64,000 nt of DNA from contig NMRA01000209.1 of NCBI GenBank assembly GCA_002633005.1, positions 420,429 to 484,428 of the forward strand, read 5' to 3'. Numbering within the stretch: the first letter of the stretch is position 1; each line of letters opens with the position of its first letter. Below, piece after piece: positions 54,480-64,000 of this stretch. A program made the position numbers and the translations under genes. The stretch comes from Phoronis australis (lineage: Eukaryota > Animalia > Phoronida). The notes beneath the pieces are model-generated. The model was not told where the DNA came from. It saw only the letters and a list, made by a program, of their open reading frames with translations, and made no database searches.

Positions 54480-56013
54480 AGGAGAATGCCATCCAAAAAC
54501 AACCTATATTGTATCAATTTAGATCATGTAGTTCCACTCGATAACAACAAGTTTAGTTGTGTTACCTGACACCTTCGTCTGCTGAAATTAATCGATGACG
54601 TAATATGTTCGAACACAGTCTGTTCAGCCGCTCACAAAACGCTTACTGGTGTAAACTTGTAGCTAGAATTCATCGTTTCACACCAGTAAAGCCTCAACAT
54701 TCGATATCAAGCCCTTACAAATACATCGAGTTCTTGGACAAACGCGTAACTTGTTTCATTTCACAGTTACGGATTTAAAAGTATTTTTACGTACCATAGC
54801 CTACAGAATTCGGTAGGCCAATTTACCATTGTCGATCGCGGGAGTTTAGGTCTGTTTCGTGATACATGTAAGTTCGAATCATTATTCCTTGAAATACAGA
54901 CAGGAGAACATAGCTGTGCATGGTAGTTTTAGATTTGCTATGTTTTTCAGTTCTAAACACACAAAACGCTTGTTATCTACGCCAGTGGCTTGGACCCGAT
55001 CACGCCATCGCGGCCTTCGGGACTGGACATCACGAACATAAACCAGTTTAAGTTGGAAACTAAACTTCCAGTCACGAAAAGATTATAATAGTGAGCCAAC
55101 GAAATAATGTGCAGTTATGAATCTGAAATCTAATTACTTGTCATTGGGCCGTGAAGTCAGGTTACCCTTCCACACAACAATGAGTCAGGGAAAAAGTTCG
55201 TATTTTAATAACGATTTAAATAATGTATCTGTATGCCTAAATAAAGATTCACCTAATATTTGACAATAGCATATAAACTTGAGTTATTGTTTCACAACAG
55301 CTTTCTGTCAGCAAAAAAATGCACTCACGAATACTACAAAGACATTACAAATTGTATCTAATGAGAGAGACTTCGCTTAGGTTTTATATAAGCATTGGCT
55401 GCGGTGAAAATAAACCATTTTGAAACAGAACGCTGAATAACTAACGTCCACATGGCAACTCGCATTCCCGACTTAGACCACAGCTCATCCGACGAAGACT
55501 TCACATGTGGATCATTAGGTTTCACAAGCTATCAGTTCGAAACGGAATACACTGATCAAGAAATTCTACAGCGGCTCCGTGAACACATGCACAGGCAATG
55601 GAAAGCATGGATATAACTTTGGTAAGACGGCATTCGTCAGAGAAATCACTGTCGACGCAATGCCGGCCACAGAAACGGAGGTGTTTCACGGCATTTTACC
55701 TGCTATCAACGGCAAACTTTCGATTATTCACTACCGCGAGACACTTGTTATGGATTTCGGGCTCTCGAGAAAGTCACAATTATGATATACCCGCTTTCCT
55801 CGCAACTTCATATTTCGCACAACCGGAAACGATGCACCCCAATAAAGCGGCATTCAGTCTGCAGATGAACCACTGACGTCGCTTCGTCGTTTCTAACCTT
55901 CCTCACAGGTTAACGCGACACTTCTCGGCAAGGTAAGGTCGACTGTATGCGAGGCTATATGGATATAGACCGATAAATACGGTAAAAAACTAATTAAATC
56001 GGGTGGTATACCT
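54480..56013 (-). mobile_element. Kolobok-like THAP element, copy 3
   Basis: Ends aggagaatgccatcc ... gggtggtatacct|TTAA, colinear with copy 2. THAP relic CIVSGCAKYEVARKAGIS on the minus strand near 55835. Confidence 0.8.
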
Positions 56014-57702
56014 TTAACCAAATCATTAAACGAGGGGACGGCCTATACGTAAAACCGGAAGTTTTCTTCCATGCCTGAGCAGCGCCCTCTTATCGCTAGC
56101 GGTTATGTCCCTTGTTCTACAACATGCTCAACGCGCTCTAACGGGAGTTGGCAATCCCTATCTATAGTCAAGATTCCCCTGACATACCATGGTTTGTAAA
56201 GATTTAGGCCACTTAAGACGAACAAACACGTCACCATCTCTACTCATTCACATTTTAAACTGCTGCAGACTCCACGAAATTCGTCAGAGCTAGATGTAGT
56301 GGTCAAATTGCCCTGTAATTCACTTTCTCCGCATGATGCCGGAATATGAGATAAATGCCTGCAAAATTCACGTCTAACCTGAAGACAATTGAATTCGTCC
56401 CTCGTGTGTCAACATTTTTTATGTTAATTTCAAAAGCAAATATATACAAGTGAGAAGTTAAGTCCGGCATTATGTTTCATGACGTGACTTAAGATTTGAG
56501 AAAGGAATTTGGCCTTTCGCGCCACTAAGGATTTCCGAGTATAGTTGAAACTCATCTGAGCAAAATTCTACGAGAAAATACGTCACTGTTACTTACTAAG
56601 AAAATGTCTGTACACTGGTAATTATTTTTCGACTGTGATGCGCTCATACTCGAATTACTTAACTGAATCTTTTTACAGCAATCGTGAAATGGCAGAGTAA
56701 GACCGAGTTCGCTTTTATGAAAGGGACGTAGGAACCATCTGCATGTGCCAACAGTAATTTGTTGAATGGAATTATTGTGGAATGCAACAAAAATGGTTGC
56801 ATGTCACTGACATCAGCCAATGTTTATATAGATTGACAGCTGATTCTCTCAAGATGTTCATATTGCTGCTTGAAAAGCCGATAACTGGAAACTTGGTCGA
56901 GCTGGCCAATTGCAGGTTCAAAATCATGCTAAATTTTATGTTATTGAAGGTTATCTGATTGGAAAGTGAAATCTTATGAAATCGTCACTGTCATTGCCAA
57001 AATACATATCTAATGACTACACGATTCAATTATGTAGACAAATGTTTGGTGGTAAGTCCCGGGTCTGAAATCCTGTTCAAAAAGCTCCTTGAAAAGCTGA
57101 CCGAGAGAAAAGTTCGCATACAATATACACCGTGGTTTATCCAATACAAGGACAGTTATGGATATGATATACACGCAGCAAGATTCAGAAGTAATTTCAC
57201 ATAAAATATCTGAAAGCTTAATTATGTCCGTGAAATATATAATAAAGTTTGGTGCATTCTGTATATTGTGCTAAGAGTGCGAAATAGTTATATAACATAG
57301 GGATACTCGAGGCTCAAAGTAGCTTACATTAAACCGAAAACCAATAATAATAAATAAACACCCATTATAATAATAGCATTACCTACATGTATTTGTACGC
57401 TGGTGGACGACAAAAGGCAGGGTAATCAAAGGAATGGTACGTTTAAAGCATCTGATGCACTTGATAACAAATATTTGATTGGTAATTATAATGGGTACAA
57501 CTGAATGTGCAATTTTTCAAAAATCACAATATTTTAAATTGTGATCAGGTAGCTTTAATATTCAGCTATAAAATAAATATCAATTAACGCATCAATCAAA
57601 ATGAAAAGAAACCAAATAACGTACTACTACTATCCCTAAAATGTCGTCCATCCAGATGACCGAATCGTACAGAATGAAACAAACATTGTAGGCAACACTT
57701 AA

Positions 57703-57993
57703 CCCCTCGGCTGGCTGTGCCTGCGGTATTGCAGGGTGATGCAACTGCCTACATAGAAAGAAGTAGGTGTACTAGTTTGACAAGATTTGATTGTCACTTT
57801 TAAAGCTGTATTTTTTCTAGCAGTTGGTCTATTTTAATTCAAAGTTTTTGGTATCGTTTTTATACGAAGGCAGACACACGGTTACCATATCAGTGAAAGC
57901 GTCAAACTTGAATTTAGACTTTGAAAGTCAAAATTCTCTCATATATCCGGGGTCAGATATCAATTGCACGTGTAAATATTGTATATGGAGAGG
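57703..57993. mobile_element. Possible piggyBac-like MITE
   Basis: TTAA|CCCCTCG ... GGAGAGG|TTAA; short imperfect TIR only. Confidence 0.35.
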
Positions 57994-58028
57994 TTAAATA
58001 AACATTACCCTCAAGGCACTAGAGAGTA

Positions 58029-58050
58029 AAGATAGATAGATAGATAGATA
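58029..58050. repeat. (GATA)n microsatellite, possibly a retroelement tail on the minus strand
   Basis: agatagatagatagatagata followed by ttttattg (AATAAA on the minus strand). Confidence 0.6.
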
Positions 58051-60227
58051 ATTATATAGACAGATAAATATTTTATTGAGCCAATCACAATACAATGACA
58101 AGAAAGGGGCTTGAAGTGGTCGAAGGTAAACAACTAAACTAAGGTTTTACTAAGACTATATGTATAATAGTCATTGATTTTTTAGAAATATCAAAAGTAG
58201 GCAAGGGGACTTGCAAACGGCTAAAGAGCTGCTTGGATGAAAGCCACTTATATCTACACATTAATTCGTGAAAAATATGTGTCAACAATTTATCTCACTA
58301 CATCAGCAAGGCACTAACCTGTGTTGAGTATCAGCAAAATGATTATGTATCTATTTAAAATGTGTAAATGTACTAGGAATTACAATATAAACTACCGATG
58401 CAATAAAATAAGATACAGCTTAAACACGATATAACCTAAACTTTAACGTGGTTGGTTCAACAAAGGGAAAAAACGAATGAATACGATACGTGATTATTAC
58501 GGGGTAGAAATAATACGAGTGCGGCTCTCATGAACGACGACCGCCAGACATGGCAGAGGACTCGCAAATCACGACCTTGTCGTCCAAAAACACAGCTTCC
58601 CATCCATCACTAAATTGTACGGTTTCCTGCCTATTGTAAATAGGGGAACGTGTTCACGAGGGCGTTGAACTCACGGGACGTACGCGTACAAATTGTGTTT
58701 TGAGAGTCCAGAAGTGGTGTGTTCGGCGGTCGACGAGCCTTTGTTATAAGCCTGGACACGGTACTCAGGGAACCAGATCGATTTCGTCCGTCAGCCGAAA
58801 AATTTATGTCCCTCCCTCAGAGGAGGCGTACATAAGCACGTGCTTGGAGGAAAGTATAATGGACTTTATCTGCATACATTGTGTCGCAATTAGGTACTAC
58901 TGCAGTTAAAGGGGAATGAATAGAATTGCTTGGAACAGAAGAAATGTAGCTATTTACTGTAGAATGCTTATATTTGTGAGACAAGAACTTTGTTAAAGCA
59001 AGTGTGGGAGTTAGAAAGCACGTCTATCCTGGATCGCAGTTGCTGCGCACAATTCCAACGGTGTGATCGAAACATGATTAAAATATTTAATATTCCCTTT
59101 TGGTGAATCCCATTATCACGGTTTCTGCTGAACTACGAATGTTCTTTTTGCCAACATGAACAACGCACCATTGCCCAAACAATATGACAAATATTCTCCT
59201 CTAAAATTTAGGTTTGAATTCATCTGTACTGAATTTGTTACGTGTACAAATATGCGGATCTCAACCAGAAAATAATGCGAAACGACGGATAACCTGGATC
59301 CGATGTCCGGAGAATGACGAAGGAAGGGGCAAATACATGTACTTCCTACAGTAATTTGCCGTGAAGGATTTTTACTCAAGATGGGATTTGCAAACGTCAT
59401 TCAGTCTTTTGCGGTCTCAGGAAACTTTGGAAACATTGTTTACCTTAAAGAGAGAGAGGCGGCGACATGACCTTCAAAGTTTATATGATGATATTTGCTA
59501 GGGATCTCCATATTATGCCAAGAGGAGGGTTATTATAGCAAAGTTTTGATATTTTTTCGCCGTGAGCATTTAGGGATACCAAAGATCATGAACTTTGAAC
59601 TTTGCCAAACCAGAAGGTGCGACATGGCGACGAACATAGATGATGGAGATACTCGTGAAGGGAAGCCGACTCGGGCAAAACTCATTGCGAACACCCTCAT
59701 TGTCGTGTTTTTTTTTCTGGCGTTCGCATTACCCCCATGAGATATAGTTTGTAGTTGCAATTTATTGAACATATATTGCTTATCTTATCTAGGAGAGTCA
59801 CGTGCTATTTTTATATCTCCCAAAAATAGTACTATTGGAGTAATAGTAGGTTTAACTTGTTCTTGAAACTGCTGACTTTAGAAAAATACGTCTAGAATGG
59901 CATCATCTTTCATATGAAACTCCTGTTAACAGAGTATCAGTATTTTATTGATGACAATTATGAATGCATAATGACAGCTGAACGCAGCCTGCAAAATGAC
60001 GAAATTTGAAAATCACGTACGCGGATTTTAATAGATTTCGTAGCATGAAAAGGAAGAAGTTGAGAGCACAACGAGCTAATGATGAAAAAAAAGTAAATTT
60101 ATTAACAACCAAGGATACAAAATACCATATCTATAAAGAAATAATGCATGCAAAATAGCGGGAAGTGGTCTATTGTACACTAGCAAACTGTCGGGTTGAG
60201 GTACTTTGCAGTTTGTTTTTTTTGTAG

Positions 60228-60458
60228 GCTTCAACGTTCAACACAATAAGATACGTATAATCCTTAGGTTTCAACGGCTTCTTGAGGTCAATTTTGGTTT
60301 AGTCGTTAGTGACCTCGACGATTTGCCATCCTTTGACTCTAAACTGCTCGATGAAAAGCGGCACGCAGCAAGTTATATCTGTTTGGCAAATATTAAGGTT
60401 CACTTAGACCTCATTGCTACGCAATATCCGATTACTTGTCCAAATCAAATTCGTGCAC
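60228..60458 (+). pseudogene. Putative terminal exon of an unknown gene, interrupted by a LINE just before its stop (resumes 63359-63366)
   Basis: Polypyrimidine tract plus AG at 60226-60227, then an open frame ...LLDEKRHAASYICLANIKVHLDLIATQYPITCPNQIRA|RR*. The paralog at 63666-63810 keeps the peptide and stop position with several synonymous changes. Confidence 0.4.
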
Positions 60459-63350
60459 TTAAAGATTCTATACCGAGAAGGCCTGGATCCTGGAAACTTA
60501 ATAATAGTTTTTTCGAAGATGAAGAGTATGTAACTAACTTATAAACAATCATAAATACCTATGTTGAAGAGTATGTTTATCTAAGTAATAAACATACCAA
60601 ATGGGAAATGGTTAAAATGAAATTAAAGGAATATACTATGAGATACTCGAAAAGAAAAAAGAAATTAGAAAACGCTGGGGAAGAGAATTTGATTGAAATT
60701 ATCAACAACTTGACAGGAGAACTAAATGATGGTAGAATTGATGATGGAATTGTACAGAATTTGGAAAGAGCCAAGTCCAATTTGCAACGTATACAAACTC
60801 TTAGAGTAGGAGGACAAATGTTAAGAAGTAAAGCCCAGTTAATTGAGGAAGGGGAGAGTAGCCCAAAAGTTTTTGCCTCATTGGAGAAAAGAAATTTTAA
60901 AAAAGTGTATAGGTATCCTTAAAAATAAAGATGGTCACTTGACAAGAGATCCTGCTGAAATCATGTCAGAATTGACTCATTATTACTCCTCTGTTTTCAC
61001 AGATCGTCAAATGGAAACAACATCCACTATACCAGATCTTTTTTATATCGCCAGAGATGTACCATCCAGTGATTTTGAAAAACTGGATGAACCTTTTAGA
61101 GAGGGTGAATTTTATGAAGTTTTAAAAACTTGTAAAGATAATAAGTCTCCAGGAAATGACGGGCTAACTTATGAATTTTTTAAATGTTTCTGGCATGAAG
61201 TTAAAAACTCCTTACTTGAAGCTTTTGAATATAGTTTTTCAGTGAGGGAAATATCTACGCCACAGAGGCAAGGAGCAATAATGCTCCTACCCAAGTCAAA
61301 AGATGAGTTCGAGCTCCAGTCCTTGGATAATTGGCGTCCAATATCTCTATTGAATACTGATTATAAAATACTTACAAACATTCTTACAGCCCGTATAAAT
61401 AATGTCATGGGAAAACTGGTTCACCCAGGTCAAACAGCTGTTAAAGGACGATATACAGGATGCAATATTCGTATCATTCAAGATATAATTTCTTATACAA
61501 ACATTACTAATGGTCAAGGACACATTTTATTTTTGGACTTTAGCAAGGCGTATGATACAATAAAACGGAACTTTATTTTTCAAGCTTTGAAGGCTTTTAT
61601 ATTTGGACAGTGTTTTACACGATGGGTAGAAATAATCTATAACAAACCAACAGCTTGTGTTGTCAATAATGGTTTTACAACAGATTATTTTCGTTTAGAA
61701 AAAGGTGTAAGACAGTGTGCTTCATTGTCGGTCCATTATTTTGCCTAGCTGTTGAAGTTTTGACCAATTATATACGAGAGTGTAATTTGATTAAAGGCAT
61801 AAGTGTTGAGAAAACTGAAGTTAAAATTCTCCAGTACGCAGATGACACTACCTTATTTCTTTATGACAAAAATCCTGGCATGAATTGTCTCAAATTTTTA
61901 GAACATTTTGGTATACTGTCTGGTCTCCAGCTAAATATTAATAAAAGTGAAGGGTTATATTTAGGTCGAGAAAAAGAGTATTCTGAACCACTTTATGGCT
62001 TCATGTAGACTGGCAAACCAATCAAGAGTCTGGGAATATTTTTTAGTCGTAACAAAAAAGAAAATTATTTTTTAAATCTTGAACTCAAAATTAAGTCCTT
62101 TAAAAAGTCTCTTGACATTTGGAAAAGTCGCAATATTTCATTGTTAGGAAGGATCAATGTAATTAAAATATTTGCGCTGTCTAAAATAATTTATGTGATG
62201 AGCAATTTAGGAATTGACAGCGAACGTAGAGCTAGGATAAATACTATGATCAAAAATTTTGTTTGGCAAATTAAACCACCTAGAATAAAAAATGTGGCTG
62301 TAAATACCCAAGAAAATGGTGGTTTGTCAGTTCCTGATATAAATATTATGTACAAGTCATTATTAGTTAAATGGGTTACGCCTTGCTTAGATGGAAACAA
62401 TAAAATTTTCAAAGTGTTTCCTGGGTATATTTTTAAAACATATGGAGGTTTTTTGATCTTTAAATCAAATTATGATTGTAAATTGCTGTCTCTTGCAAAT
62501 ATTGATACCTTCTATCTTGACATCTTGATTGCTTAGGAAGAAATTAGTGCTCATTTACATAAGGACATAACAATTGTAAACCAAGTAGTGTGGAATAATA
62601 AAAACATATTAATAGGACTGTATTCTCCAATAGTTTCATGGATTCATTATGCTGCTTTGAGACGTGCGATTAAGTTGAAAGCTGATCCTTCAATTTCAAA
62701 ATGCATACATCCCTTACAGTTATCTGACATTTACTCTAGACAACGAATTAAACAAATTTATGTTCTTCCACACAAACTCTCGTTACCTCCTTATGTTAAA
62801 AGCTTTAAGTACTCCTATATTCATAGAAATACAAAACTTATTTTGAAAAAGCTGAACTTAGTCAGTGATGACAAGTGTGCATCTTGTGGAAATGTTGAGA
62901 CTTTTAACCATGTGTTTGTGAAATGTGGTTCTGTGAAAACTTTGTGGTGTGAAATCAGAAACTTTTAATTTACGTAACTGCACAACACGATTTAGTCTTG
63001 GATAGAAATGTTATTCTGACAGCATATTTTGGATGCAATTTTGAAGATATCAATACCACATTAATTATTTGCCAGTATTTCACCCATAAATGTTCTAGAA
63101 GCCAGATTATTCCTAAATATTCACAATTTCAATGTTTTTTGTATAATTACTGCAAAGTAAAGAATATACAACCCCGCAAAACTGCCTTTTGCGAAACCAT
63201 CAATGCCTATTTATTTTAGACCAACCGTGAATTTCTTTAATTTAGATGTGTGTGTGTGCGTGTGTGTGTGTGTGTGCCTGTGTTTCATTTACAAAGATCT
63301 TATTGTTTGTAAATAATAGTGTATTTAGAAATAAAATAATTTAAAAAAAA
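60459..63350 (+). mobile_element. 5'-truncated L1/Tx1-clade LINE
   Basis: PGSWKLNNS (APE end), KSPGNDGL, NWRPISLLNTDYKIL, LDFSKAYD, GVRQ, LQYADDTT and CASCGNVETFNHVFVKC. AATAAA plus A8 tail. TSD TCGTGCAC at 60451-60458 and 63351-63358. Confidence 0.92.
63247..63276 (+). repeat. (TG)n microsatellite in the LINE 3' UTR
   Basis: tgtgtgtgtgtgcgtgtgtgtgtgtgtgtg. Confidence 0.9.
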
Positions 63351-63665
63351 TCGTGCACGAAGATGATGTCCCAAGCCATGTGATGCACGGACTTAATAGG
63401 TAACTGTCCCGTCGACGCATGCAATCGGAGTTGAGCCTAAAGCCAGCGATGATCTGCTGCAGGGACAACGTTTTGATTTCGTTGTACACACTGGTTACCA
63501 AAGAGAACCAATGTGTTTAATTCTTTAGACCGACCCGAGAGGAAAAGGTATCTCGGTGCCTGGTCACGTTTCTGTTCTTGGTGGCGCCGGTTGGTGACTG
63601 GATGTTGAGTGGTTGGGAGGCACCAGCCGCACAGCGTTATCTTGAGAATTTCTGAGTTCCAATAT

Positions 63666-63820
63666 TGACATTCTAAGCTGATCGATGAAGAACGGCAGGC
63701 AGCATGTTATACATGTATCTGCTTGGCAAATATTAATAAAGGTTGGCATAGGTCTCATAGCTACGCAATATCCTGTAACTTGTCCAAATCAAATTCGTGC
63801 ACGGAGATAATATTCTGGGC
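63666..63820 (+). repeat. Diverged second copy of the LINE target segment (60334-60458 + 63359-63376)
   Basis: Shares gcaaatatt...gctacgcaatatcc...acttgtccaaatcaaattcgtgcac. The following ggagataatattctgggc aligns to gaagatgatgtcccaagc with transitions only. Confidence 0.85.
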
Positions 63821-64000
63821 AAAAAGTCAATAAACAAATTTATACCCACTTAATACGAAAACTGTATAAAAACCCAACTTTGAGGAATATTGGGAAAAAC
63901 AGTTGAATACCGTAATTCCCCGTGAGTGGTGGAGAAAAGCTTATTCTTATTCTATTAACTTTTCTTGTGATGTCAAGCTTAAATGGTTTCAAATAAGTTT
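63821..64000 (+). mobile_element. Second, heavily 5'-truncated L1/Tx1-like LINE (runs off the window)
   Basis: KQIYTHLIRK / KPNFEEYWEKQLNTVIPREWWRKAYSYSINFSCDVKLKWFQI matches the region preceding zf-RVT in L1/Tx1 ORF2 (compare DWKKIY...FQ in the 20.9-kb copy). Confidence 0.7.

Noticed and set aside
57013-57204. 63-aa ORF MTTRFNYVDK...
   Set aside because: Isolated short ORF with no motif or exon context.
59120-60050. Hydrophobic stretch LIANTLIVVFFF suggesting a GPCR-like or secreted-protein pseudogene, or an upstream exon of the 60228 segment
   Set aside because: Immediate stops, no further family motifs and no clear donor site.
63359-63500. Possible spliced-leader or snRNA identity of the LINE target (AG|GTAAC; Sm-like AATTTGATTTGG on the minus strand)
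   Set aside because: The two motifs lie on opposite strands and there is no recognisable U1, U2, 5S or tRNA sequence. The substitution pattern fits coding sequence better.

Overview
AT-rich animal genomic DNA, probably from a marine invertebrate (inferred from spliceosomal introns and the mix of transposon types). There are no prokaryotic features. Positions 1-12.3 kb hold the last five coding exons of an SLC16/MCT-like MFS transporter (+ strand), with phase-consistent GT-AG junctions. The rest is mostly nested mobile DNA: a Harbinger-like element; three THAP-bearing TTAA (Kolobok-like) elements, one carrying a solo LTR; an L1/Tx1 LINE with a 15-bp TSD that is split by a Kolobok-like and a Sola3-like insertion; two Academ-like elements; RTE-X-like LINEs; and a roughly 19-kb degenerate modular tandem array (unit about 2 kb). 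At the right end, two different L1/Tx1 LINEs sit at nearly the same position in two paralogous copies of a short coding-like segment ending TCPNQIRARR*, at or beside a TTCGTGCACGAA-type palindrome. This suggests an unrecognised site-specific target. Comparing repeat copies also shows recurrent TA to TACATGTA / TACTGTA micro-insertions that look like Tc1/mariner excision footprints. All calls were made by eye; no database searches were run.
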